Part shown: in pieces, positions 14,018-26,487 of the stretch
How the letters are laid out: every line of letters begins with the position of its first letter
Position numbering within the stretch: position 1 is the first letter of the stretch
Assembly (NCBI RefSeq): GCF_020745735.1
Contig: NC_083408.1
Span: 33,758,484-33,822,483, forward strand
DNA from: Hemiscyllium ocellatum
Lineage: Eukaryota
Length of the DNA: 64,000 nucleotides
Reading direction: 5' to 3'
Program-made: the position numbers and the translations under genes
Notes under the pieces: generated by a model
What the model saw: only the letters and a program-made list of their open reading frames with translations
Databases searched by the model: none
Told to the model about the DNA's origin: nothing

Positions 14018-14599
14018 AATGAAGTTTATGGAACTCTGAACTCAAAGGAATCGGTTAGTTATCGGAATCAGGCAGGAAATTAGAATTGATGTAAAACTTA
14101 AGCATACTCTTGTTGAATGACAGATTGGGCACAAAGGATCTCCTGGTCATATTATGCATGTCTTTATATTGCCCTTAGATTGCATTGGCTGAGTAAAAAG
14201 ATTTCTCCTGATTCCCTATTAGATTTGTTGATGGTTATTGAGGAAAGAGGTGTCATTGCTATAATATCAGCAGACTAGTAATTTGAGGCCCAGGCTAATG
14301 CTTTGAGTTCACGTGTTCAAATCCCACAGCTGCTGTCGGCGGAATTTAAATTCAATTCATGAAAGAAATCTGGAATTGACAAACTGGTCCCAATAAATGT
14401 GCCATGATTGTTAATAGTCACTAATGACCTTGAAGGAAAGATATCTGCTGTTCTCACCTGGTCTGATTTACAGACTCACAGCAACATAGCTAGAAAGGGG
14501 TCGCCATTGTTCCAAACTGCCAAAGTAATGTTAAAAAAAATTAAACAAGATGGAAAACCCAGCAGTGATCTTGGCGTCAGAAATAACAACATTAAACCA

Positions 14600-15630
14600 T
14601 GCCGTGTCAAGTGTGCAAAGTCTACTTTACTAACATTTAAGGGTTGAGGACTAAGTGAGGCGAGATATCTCACTTACATGATCATTCACAGAATCATAAA
14701 TCACAGCCCATGCCTGGGCACCTCCAGCGCCATCCCTGGGTGTGTCCTGTTCCACCTGCAGGGACAGGCCCACCAGAGCGGGAAGCATTGCCATGGAATT
14801 GTTTTGGGATGGAGTTACCCTTGGAGCTCTCAAATTTGGCTTCATGGTGGTATTTGAAGCCCCACCACCTTCAGCCGCACTATCAATTACTTTCCATCAT
14901 AAGACCAGAAATGGGAAGTTTGCTGATGATTGCGCAGTGTGCATCACCGTTCACAACTCCTCAGACACTGCAGCAGTCTATATCCACGTGCAGGAAAGCC
15001 CAGACAACATTCAGACTTAGGTTGCAACACTTGCATCCCATAAGTGCCAGGCAATGTCCATCCATTGATGCTTGGCATTCAATGTCATGCCATCACTGAA
15101 TCCAGCATTATTATCATGACAGCTATTTTTGATTGAAATGTGGCTCAAAAGTAGATCAGGGGGTTTGTTTCCATGCTGTAAATCTCCACGACTCTAAGTA
15201 ATCCATCTTTTGACTCTAAAAGCCTGTACACCATTAACAAGAATACTCTCCACTTGCTTGGATGAGTGCAACTTCAACAACACTCAAGAATCTTGTCACT
15301 AAGCATGACCAAGCAGCTTGATTGATATCTCATTTACCCCTTCAATATACATTTCCTCCACCATTGACAGTACATGAATGTATAACATCTACAAGATGCA
15401 CTGCAGCAACTCACCATTAATCCTTTGACATCACTTTCCAAACATGCAACCTCTTCCACCTAGAAGAACAAGCAAATGCCTTGGTGCACCAACATCTACA
15501 AGTGGCCCTCTAAGCCCCACAGTACCTTGACTTGAAAATTTATTGCTGTTTCTTCATGGACTTCAGGTTGAAATCCTGGAATTCTTTTTCTACTAATACA
15601 ATGGGAGTCCTGAAACCACAAGGGCTGCAA
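14600..15630 (+). mobile_element. Fragmented copy of the second LINE family
   Basis: KFADDCAV and similarity to 1790-2570. Confidence 0.65.
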
Positions 15631-16395
15631 TGGAGTTGGGGTGGAATTTCTTCTCTCAGAGAGTTGTGATTTTTTGGGGGGTATTCTCTCTAATAGAGAC
15701 CAAGGGAAGCCTCATCATAGAATACAGTTAAAGCTTAGAAAAGGCAATCCTTAACCAAATGGGATCAAGAGCTATGGGGAGCAGGCAAGGGAGTAGAGTA
15801 AAGCCAAGATCAAGTTAGCCATGATCTGATTGATTGGTAGACCAAGCTCACTCCCGCTTCTTTCCCTCTCTCTCTCTTACGTTCTTGCTACATTGAGTGC
15901 TTTGTGATGTTGAAAGTGTAAAAGGGACTAGAGATATCCAAGGCCTTACGTACTTCCACCAATTCCTCCTCTGCTTTTACATACTCTGACTTCTTCCTTT
16001 AACAAAGACCTTTTTTATGTGGTGGATTGTTAGCCTGATGCACAGTTCCTTACCAGAGTAGCAGCTAGTTGCTATCTCGACGATGGACTTTGCTAATTTA
16101 TATGTCCAAAATGAGTATTTTACAGAAGTCTGTTGCAGCTAAAAGCTGGCTGCAAATTCAAGTGCTGCCTGACAGTGTGGGGCCTATGAAGTAATACACC
16201 TGTAGTGTGTCAGGGAAACTTTAAACAGACAGAGTAACATAACAGGAAGTGATTACAAGGGTACAATCTCCCCTCTCCCAACAGAAAACCACCTTTTGCA
16301 GAATGTGTATGTTTCGGCCTTTCACACATAAAAGTGTGTTAAAAAGCAACCTTCAACTCTGGTCTGTGTGTGTTAATAGCCTGATATCTGAGTTT

Positions 16396-16605
16396 AGGAA
16401 AAAGTGAGGCCTGCAAATGCTGGAAAGTCAGAGTCGAAAAGTGTGGCGCATAGCATAGCAGGTCAGGCAGCATCCAAGGAGCAGGAGGGTCAACCTTTCG
16501 GGCATAAACCTGATGAAGGGCTTATGTCCGAAACGTTGACTCTCCTGCTCCTTGGATGCTGCCTGACCTGCTGTGCTTTTCCAACGCCAAACTTGTCAAC
16601 TCTGA
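16396..16605. mobile_element. Penelope-like fold-back insertion (older)
   Basis: Same family, with inverted arms. Further copies at 41872-42097 and 42599-42805. Confidence 0.78.
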
Positions 16606-17644
16606 TATACTAGTTGATAGATTAGTCTACTGTAATGATCACACCTCTGAAAACAATCATTTAAACACTTCGACATTGCAGGTAAAGAAAAAAACACCTC
16701 TCACCCTTAGTGCTGCCAGTCAGGCACTGCCTAAAGAAATCCAGATAAAGGCATTTCAAATTAATCTATACAGCAAGAATCTCAAATTTGACTGTTTAAT
16801 TACCAACATCAATCCAGTCAGTAAAGTCCACTGCAAAAGCCACAATATTCAACTATCTTCTCTTCACAAACAATCCAAAGATAGATACATGCATGCTTTA
16901 AACCCTTATCACTTTGCATTCACCTCATGTGCACGTGTTTTGAGTTTTTATTTCTCCTTGAGTTTAGTAATTAATAAGTTCACCTTTTTGTTTACTCAAG
17001 AAAGCCTGGTTAACTTGGTTCCTTTTAAAACTGAGTTTCATTCGGGTCTGGGAGACAGGTATCCACAAGGGAAGGGATCGTTTTAAAATTAACCCTGTTG
17101 TGACCAATCAAAGGAATGGATAAATATTGAATGGGAGCCAATTCACCATTCCTCACCCAGGAGCTAAACAATTTGAGATATCTGGTCTAAAATCATAATA
17201 AATGGGGGAACCTCACAAAGGGAGGGGTTGTAACAGTGCAGTAGGGACGCCATCACCTCTGCCAAGACATGGTAATCTCTCTGCATATTAACTCAGGAAT
17301 TGTAAAGTGTGTTTGGGCAACAAAATTACCTGAACAGACACTTTAGGTGTGGCTTGACACAATGCAGTGCCCCACAATCTTGTTTGAAAGTTCAGGGAAG
17401 TAAAAATGCTACAGATGGACTGTCAGACTCCAATACATGTAAATAAAGGAGACTTCCCTGTGTCAGAGTACTATGCACACCCTCTTGTGCATAATCTTTA
17501 CCTTCCAGACTCCTCCGAATGATTAATATAGTGTTATATGGACTACTATAGAGACCCAGCTGAATGGTGTGAACGTGTAAGTGTGTACTTAATTTTGCCT
17601 CCTACTTTGTACTGACTCTTCAAATGCTACACACACACACAGCA

Positions 17645-20340
17645 TGAACACAGAACATTGAACAATACAATACAGGAACAGGTCCTTCGGCCCACCACAT
17701 CTGTGCTGACCATGATGCTATTCTGAACTAATCCCATCTGCCTTCACAATGATCTGTATCCCTCTATTGCTTGCCTGTCCATGTGTCTGTCTAAATGCCT
17801 CTTAAACACTGCTATCATATCTGTTTCTACCAACTCCCCTGGCAGCGCATTCCAGACATCTACCTATGTAAAAAAACTTTCCTTTAAACTTTCCCTCTTT
17901 CACCTTAAACCTCCCCCTCCCCCCACTAGTATTTGATATTGCCACCTTGGAAAATTGACTCTGACTATCCATGCCTCTCATTATTTTATATATTTCCATC
18001 AGGTCATCCCTCAGCCTCCAATGTTCTAGTGAAAACAATCCACGTTCGTCCATCCTCCTCCTATAGTTAATGCACTCCAATTCAGGCAACATTCTGGTAA
18101 ACCCCACTTGTACCCTCTCCAAAGTCTCTGTATCCTTCTTACAGTGTAGGACCAGAACTTCACACAGTACTCCAAATGTGGCCTAACTAAAGCTTAATAG
18201 AGCTGCACATATCTTGCCAACTTTTATGTTTAATGTCCCAACTGATAAAGACAAGTATGCAGTATATCTTCTTTATCCACTTGTATTGCCACTTTCAGGG
18301 AATTTTGGACTTGGAACCCAACATCCCTCTGTACATCAATGCTCCTCGGGGTCCTGCCTGTATTGTACACTTTCCTCTTGCATTTGACCTCTAAAAATGC
18401 ATCACCTCACACTTGTCTGGATTGAACTCCATCTGCCATTTCCAACTCCAACTTCTCTGTATGCTGCTGCATCCTTTGTCGCAATATATATACTCCGACA
18501 CTGATCCTCGTAGAACACTACTGGTCACAAACCTCCAGTCAGAAAAACACTCCTCTACAACTACCCTCTGTCCTCTATGACCGAGCCAATTTTGTACCCA
18601 ATTTTCCAACTCACTTGGATCCCATGTGACTTAACCTTCTGGACCAGCCTACCATCAGGAACTTTGTTAAATATTTTAGTAAAGTCTATAAGATCAACAC
18701 CCACAAACGTACCCCCTTAAATCAGCTTCATCACTGCCTCAAATGCCTCAATCATATCTGTGAGACAAGTCCTCCCCCCCGCCCCATAAAATTATTCTGA
18801 TTATCCCAAGTAAATCTATTCTTTTCCAAATGTGAGTAAACTCTGTTCCTAAGGATCTTCTACAATCACTTTTCTACCACTGATGTAAGGCTCACCAGTC
18901 TATAATTTCCTGAATTATCCCTATTGTCCTTTTTAAGCGATTCTCCAGTCTTCTGGTACCTCGCCTGCGGCTAAAGAGGATACAAAGATCTCCGTCAAGG
19001 CTCCAGCAATCTTTTCCCTTGTCTCTCTTAGTATCCTAGCTAGATCCCATCAGGCCCTGGGAATTTAGCAAACTTAATGTTTTCAAGGCACTCAACAACT
19101 CCTCTTTAATATCATCATGCTCCAGAATATCAACATATCCCTCCCTAATCATATCATCATCCATGTCCTTCTCCTTCGTGAATACTGATGCAAAGTACTA
19201 ATTAAGGTCCTCATTCACTTCCTGTGAATCCATGCATAAATTCTCTCCTTTGTCCCTGAATGGACCTACCCTTTCCAAACTACCCTCTTCCTCCTAATAT
19301 ACATATAAAATGCCTTGGGATTGTTCTGAATCCTATTAGCCAAGGTCATTTTGTAGCCTCTTTTGGCCCTCCTAATTCCTTGTTTGAGTTTTTTCCTGCT
19401 TCCTTCTGACTAAGGTTTCAATGTCTCTTGACATGGAGGGTTCTGGAATCTTGCCATCCTTAACTTTCATCATCACAGGAACATGCTTATTGATTTGATA
19501 TGATTTATTGTTGTCACATGTACTAAGATACAGTGAAAAGTATTGTTTTGTATGCTCCCCAGAAAAATCATACCTTATGTAAGTACATCAAGGTATTGGA
19601 ATAGAATGCAGAATATAGTGTTACAGTTAAGAAGAAGGTACAGAGAAAGAGCGACTCTAATATATGAGAGGTGTGTTCATAAGTCTGATAACAGCAGGGA
19701 AGAAGTTGTTCTTAAATCTGTTGGTGTGTGTTTTCAAACTTCTGCATTCTGAACAGTAATCAACTCGCCTTTTAAAGACTCCCAGATGTCAGGTGTAGAT
19801 TTGCCCTCAAACAGCCATACACCCTCAATCTAATTTCTCCAGCTCCTGCCTAATATTGATGTGATTAGACTTCACCCAATTTAGGACCTTCACTTGAGGT
19901 CTAGAATTATTCTTATTCATATGTATTTAAAACTTACAGAATTATGATCACTGTAACCAAAACAGTCCCCTACTAAAATCTAAATCACCTGCCCAGGCTC
20001 ATTCCCCAATACAAGCCTCTTCCCTTGTTGAACTATCTACACATTGGTTTCAGAAATCTTCCTGGATATTCCTTACAAATTCTACCCCATCCTGGCAGGA
20101 AGGGAGCTCCAGTTAATATTGGGGAAGTTGAAATCACCCAATACAACACTACGTTGTTTTTACATCTTTCCATGATCTGCTTACATGTCTGTTCCTCCAT
20201 CTCCTGCTGACTATTGGGAGGCCTAGAGTGTAACCCCATCATACTGATTGCACCTTTCTCTTTCACTGGATGAGCCCTTCAAGATCTCCTCTCTTACTGC
20301 AGCTGTGTCTTTCTCTTTAACTGCCCCACCCCTTTTATAG
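17645..20340 (-). mobile_element. Degenerate CR1 LINE (APE to 3' UTR)
   Basis: ORF fragments MERVQ..FTRMLP, WVQNWLGHRGQRVVVE and WQMEFNPDKCEVMHF, with a CR1-type 3' end at the left. Confidence 0.88.
19490..19748 (-). mobile_element. 3' fragment of an RTE/Rex1-like retroelement nested in CR1
   Basis: The minus strand ends ...ACATGTGACAACAATAAA followed by a (TCAAA/TCATA)n tail. It interrupts collinear CR1 sequence. Confidence 0.6.
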
Positions 20341-21649
20341 CTGGGTGATACTCTCAGGGAGATTGCCTGACCTGCTGAAAATTTCCAGCATTCTCCGAGT
20401 TTGATTCAGACTCCAGCAGCTAGCGTACTATACCTGCTGCCCATAATGTTTCTGCCTTCAGTTTCAGGTGCAGTTTGATTGATGCAGTATTACTGTTTAA
20501 AGTCCCATCTTAACATGAAAACTGCACAGAGTTTTCAGACAGAATTGTAAGGTTAAGTTTAGGTTTTTTTCAAAAAAAAAATAAATGACGCCAGAGCTTT
20601 CTGACCATGGGGTCCCTTGAGTCTCCAGTGAACACATGTTGAACGTGTTATGAAGTGTTATCGAGCAGCTGGCGAGTAAGTGTGGAAAGCTAGACCTTTG
20701 CTCTGTGTGGCTGCAGAAGGACTGTAATGCCTCTGCACTGTAACTGTGATTTGCACAGTTACTGCACCACTCTATCTATGCAGAGCCTAAAAACCCCAAA
20801 ACTACAGAGAAAGTGCAGATGGCAGACCAAATCAGTGAGGGAGTATGTCATGAATGTGTACATGGTGAAGGATGTGTGGATGCTGCTCTCCAAAGTCTGT
20901 GCTGCATCGTACCATTTTAAAAATGTGATACTGAGCAGCTTCCTCCCGCTGTTAAAAAATTATCTCCAGAAAAAGCCTGGGGGATAAAGTAAAATTTGCC
21001 ACAATGCTGGTAATATCATGGGAGCAAAAGGAACATTAAATACTAAATCTCCATCCAGTGTGTAATCAGTCACTTTCCTGTTCTTTGCCTGAAGATCATT
21101 CACACCCTCTGCCTTGTAACAGAGACAGGTCCTCTGGTAAATCCTGCGCAATTTGTTATGTGAATCTTTTGGGATTGATTTCAAAAGAGCCTGGAGTCAA
21201 AATCCAAGGTAAACCTAAGGGGAGGAGAGGTCCCCACATTATTCTGCCCGAGTATATTGAGAAGATTGTGAGCGTCGCCTGTCTCTCTGTATCATTGCCA
21301 TGATAAGTAGCAAACATCTCCCCAACTCTGTCTGCCCAAAGCACATGGCTTTGTTTCAACAGCAGACTCCAGTGTTTTAATAAGTTGCACCTTTAACATT
21401 GTGAAATGTACTTCACAGGAGCATAACCAGACAACTCTAACACTGAGCCCCATCAGAGGTATCAGGATAGGAGACCACAGGCTTTCATAAAGAGATCAAC
21501 TTTAGAGAACATCTTAACAAAGGGGAGAGGAACAGAGAGGTACAAAGGTTAGATTAAGAATGGAATTCAAGAGGTTAGAGCCAACAGGTGTAAATAAAAC
21601 AGGGAGTAGTCACAAAGAGCTAGAATGGAGGATAATAAATATGGGCTGT

Positions 21650-22365
21650 GTGGGGTTAAGATGGCGGCAGAGTAAGACACTGCAGCCAGAGCTCCTCTAC
21701 TTGCCAGTTCCTTTTCCTTCCTTTTTTATTTACTCCCGCTGTAGTTTCTCTTCCACCCTGCTCCCCTCAAAACCTTTAACTTCTTAAAATACCCTACCTG
21801 GAGGGAATGGAGAAAAGAGTTCAAGACCAGCCCAGTCTGGGAGGCGAGTCATGGCGGAGAGGGAGCAGAGAGAGTGCGGGCCAAGACCCAGAAGTGAGTT
21901 GCAGCTGGAGCAGCAGCACAGCAGGTGTGGGCCGAGCTGGGAGCCATGTTGCGGCTGGAGCAGCAGCACAGCAGGTGTGGGCCGAGCTGGGAGCCATGTT
22001 GCAGTTGGAGCTGGAGCTGGAGTGGAAGCAGAGTGAGCCCAGATTGACCTGGGAGATGAGTCCTGGACAAAAGCTAGCATGTGCAGGCAGCATGGCCTCA
22101 TGTTCTGAGGCCTGATGGGCACAAACTCAGTGAGAAAGGATTATAACTTGAGTACTTTAAAGATACTTTTTATTCTCATTCAGGACTCTGTAAACTCTGT
22201 ATTTCCATGCTAGTCTATTTTTGTTCACTATTTCAATTCTTTAACAACTCTTAAAGTATCTGTACCTAGGTATCCAGTACCTCAGATGGTGCCAAGACGT
22301 GACATTACAAACCTTTCACTGCACTCATTCCAATGCATGTGACAATAAAGGACATCCTTACTCTT
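21650..22365 (+). mobile_element. Non-autonomous retroelement-like unit containing a 50-bp tandem repeat (21898-22010)
   Basis: Starts AAGATGGCGG and ends CATGTGACAATAAA, a 3' end like that of 19490-19748. No intact ORF. Confidence 0.5.
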
Positions 22366-25308
22366 GGTGGGTTGTGGGGATGTTGTAAGTTAAAGAGTCA
22401 ATGAGGGGCGATTTGAACACAAGCACTAGAATTGCAAATTCGAAGCATTATTTGATCAGGAGCTGAGACTGGTCAGTGAGCACGTGCAGAAAGATAAATG
22501 GGGTTTGGTGTAAGAGCAGGATTCGACAATTCAGCCCCTTGAGCTTGCTCCACCACTGAATAGGATCATGGCTGATCTCACCTCAGCCTCAACTTTACTT
22601 TCCTGCCTTCTCCCTATGACTGTTTAATCCGTTAGTAATTCAAACTCTGCCCATCTCCTGCTTTGTCTTAATCTCTTAATTACTTCAACATTATCAAAGG
22701 CTGGGAAGGAATCTTTGAAGGATTCTTGGACTAAACAAGAAGCAAAACAAAAAAACTGGCTGTTTAATTGGGTTTACATATTCTGAAGAGAGGAGTACAA
22801 GGGAATAGTAGGGAGGTGGAGTTGACCCATGAGAAGGAGACAGCTTTGTTGATTACAACAGCGTGCCCCTCTTCCCGAAACTGAATGTTCAGTCAATCAA
22901 TGGTTTGTTTCATCACAGCCCTGAAGCACAAAATGGTCATTAAAAGTTGAGCTGAAGTTTTGCATCCTCTATTTTCCTCCTTCAGGTTTGCATCACCAAG
23001 TTTAACTTCAGTTAGGGGAAGTTACTATTACAACTTACAAGCAATTGCTGAGAAGTTTCAGGAATCTATTATCTAACTCTGAGTCACTGAGTACTTGGGC
23101 AAGTGTGAGCAGTGAGTCAACGTGGATTTGTGCAGGATAGTCATGCCTGACTAATCCAGCAGAATGCTTTTGGGATGTAATTAGGTGGAGGGGATGGGAG
23201 TTGGAGGTGGATGTTGTCTGGATGGATTACCATCAAAAATTTGACAAAGCTCCACCCAAGAGACTGCCTCTCAATCTACTAACCTCAAAATAATGCAGCC
23301 CTAAATCGCACATGCAACTCCCATCTCTTGGTTTCAGACTTGGAGAGGATTTGAAGAGTACATGAAGTGAATTGTCAAATTCCCAGCTCGGCCCACACCT
23401 GCTGTGCTGCTGCTCCAGCTGCAACATGGCTCCCAGCTGGGGATGGGTCTCAAACGAGGGGGTATAACCTTAAACATCAGAAACAGGCCATTTGAGGGGA
23501 AATTTAGGAAAGGCTGCTTCATGCAAACAGTGGTTAAAGTGTGGAACTTTTTGATGCAAAAAGCAGTAAAAATTAGCTCAATTATGAACTTTAAATGTTA
23601 AGATCAATAGGTTTTTTTTTGACAAAAGCAACAATCAAAGAATACAAAGTTGGATGGTTGGAGTTAAGATACAGATCATCTATGATCTCCTTGGAAGAGT
23701 CTTTAGAGGCCTACTCCTGTTTTGAAGTATCAATTTGATAAAACTGCATTGTATCCCCTCCAAAGCCAACATGTCTTTCCTGAGACAATGCACCTATTAC
23801 AAACTCTGTTTGAAGTCTGTCCGAGTCATTGTAAAATTCAAGTACACCTTCCTGGTTTACCGTGACAATGGGGCCAACACTGCGCTAGTCTCTTCAATTA
23901 ATTTTTGTACCTGTTCACTCATCTTTGTTCAGATTTGTCTACCTGGACATGAATACATTTTGCTCCCGCATTGTTTCTGATTCCAATACTGCTTATTTTG
24001 TTGATAGAAGTGTTTTTATAAATCATTCAGAGATGTCAATGTCACTGGTTATAGAGTCATAGAGTCACACAGCAAGGAAACAGATAGCATTTACTGCCCA
24101 CACCTAATTGCCAAGAGGGCAGTTAAGATTCAGTCACAGGATCATGGTGGCAGATGATTTCTTTCCCTCAAGGAGATCAGGGAACCAGATGACAATAGGT
24201 TGCTACTAGACTTGCTTATTTCCTTCCAAACTTATACTGAATTCAAATTCACCAAGGTGGGATTTGAATTGTATTCCCTGAATTTGAGCTTGGCACTCTA
24301 GATTACTCGTCCAGCAATACGACCACTACGCTATCACCTCCCCTAACAATAATTGCAAGGACAGCACTAGGAATGGCTGAAAGATGATGATGTGTGTGAG
24401 ACTCAAGTCCTTGGTCTTGAGATACCCCTGAAGCAGAGTTAGTTGACAGTTTTTGTGGGAGAATTGAACATTGAAATTTCCTAGCATGAGAGCTTTTGTA
24501 CTGATTTCTCCAGAAATAAATACCTTTGTGCATCACAACAACAACAACTTGTGCTTATATGGCTCCTTTCAACATCCCAAAGTACATTGCAGGAACATTG
24601 TGAAACAACAAAGGAACCACATGAGAAGATATTAGGCTAGAATTCTGCTTAAAGAACTGCGTTATAAAAAGTGCCTTCAAGGAGGAAACCTGAATCCCAT
24701 CGTCATTGTCATCTCTTCATCCCTGCTGCAGAAGAAGACCCTGCACAAATCAACTCCACCCCCTCCCCCCCCCCAAAAATAAGTCCAGTTTCCAATATTT
24801 ATTAATTACAGGTTGGCGTTATTGATTTCTCTCAGCCTTACACAGTCTCACCATAGGATGGACAGTCAGGTGTGACAGCTTTTACATCTTGTGGGAGAGC
24901 CATGTTTTTAGATCAAGTTTCCAAAAGTCACAATACATTTATGGTGGAGGGAAGCCATTCAGCCAAGTATGAAGCCAGACAGATTGAAACCAGCATTCAG
25001 TCAAGGTTTGCACTTCCACTGCTCTATCTCGGAGTTCATTGCCGGTACTGATTAACTCAGTGACAAGGATTTCTTGACATCGGTCTTCAACTGGCTTTTC
25101 CTATCTTTGTCTTGCTCTTGCTATTTTTTGAAGTAATTTTCCAAATTTGCTTTTCTCCATGCCACTTACCATCTCCTACAATCCTACAGGATCACTTTTC
25201 AACCACCCTCTTTTTGGGATGAAGATCCCAAAACTCTCCAACTTTTCCTTATAACACAGGCCTTTGATGCTGGAGATCAGTCTAGCAACTCTTTTGCTCC
25301 ACCTACAA

Positions 25309-26487
25309 TGAGTCATAGAGATGTACAGCATGGAAACAGACCCTTTGGTCCAACCTGTCCGTGCCGACCAGATATCCCAACCCAATCTAGTCTCACCTGC
25401 CAGCACCCGGCCCATATCCCTCCAAATCCTTCCTATTCATATACCCATCCAAATGCCTCTTAAATGTTGCAATTGTACCAGCCTCCACCACGTCCTCTGG
25501 CAGCTCATTCCATACACGTACCACCCTCTGTGTGAAAAACTTGCCCCTTAGGTCTCTTTTATATCTTTCCCCTCTCACTCTAAACCTATGCCCTCTCGTT
25601 CTGGACTCCCCGACCCCAGGGAATAGACTTTGCCTATTTACTCTATCCGTGCCCCTCATAATTTTGTAAACCTCTATAAGGTCACCCCCTCAGCCTCCGA
25701 CACTCCAGGGAAAATAGCCCCGGCCTGTTCAGCCTCTCCCTGTAGCTCAAATCCTCCAACCCTAACTCCTGTACTCAATACTCTGATCAATAAAGGAAAG
25801 CATACTAAATGCTATCCTATCTACCTGCGACTCCACTTTCAAGGAGCTATGAACCTGCACTCTAAGGTCTCTTTGTTCAGCAACACTCCCTAGGACCTTA
25901 CCATTAAGTGTATAAGTCCTGCTAAGATTTGCTTTGCCAAAAATGCACCATCTCGCATTTATCTGAATAAAACTCCATCTGCCACTTCTCAGCCCATTGG
26001 CCCATCTGGTCAAGATCCTGTTGTAATCTGAGATAATCCTCTTCGCTGTCCACTACACCTCCAATTTTGATGTCATCTGCAAACTTACTAACTGTACCTC
26101 TTATGCTCACATCCAAATCATTTATGTAAATGACAAAATGTAGTGGACCCAGCACCGATCTTTGTGGCACTCTACTGGTCACAGGCCTCCAGTCTGAAAA
26201 ACAACCCTCTACCACCACCCTCTGTCTTCTACTTTGAGCCAGTTCTGTATCCAAATGGCTAGTTCTCCCTGTATTCCATGAGATCTAACCTTGCTAACCA
26301 GTCTCCCATGAGGAACCTTGTCAAGTACCATATCTAAGTCCATATAGATCACATCTACTGCTCTGCCTTCATCAATCTTCTTTGTTACTTTTTCAAAAAA
26401 TTCATCAAGTTTGTGAGAAATGATTTCCCATGCACAAAGCCATGTTGACTATCCCTAATCAGTCCTTGCTTTTCCAAATACATGTAC
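25309..26487 (-). mobile_element. 5'-truncated CR1 LINE, same family as 9045-12743
   Basis: Near-collinear with 11420-12740, including FADD and the 3' tail. Internal deletion at ~25762. Confidence 0.92.

Noticed and set aside
16556-17086. 176-aa ORF
   Set aside because: Starts inside a fold-back repeat and crosses unrelated repeat DNA, with no domain signature.
21784-22122. Stack of ORFs and a CRISPR-like appearance of the repeats
   Set aside because: A simple 50-bp tandem duplication without unique spacers, in eukaryotic TE context.
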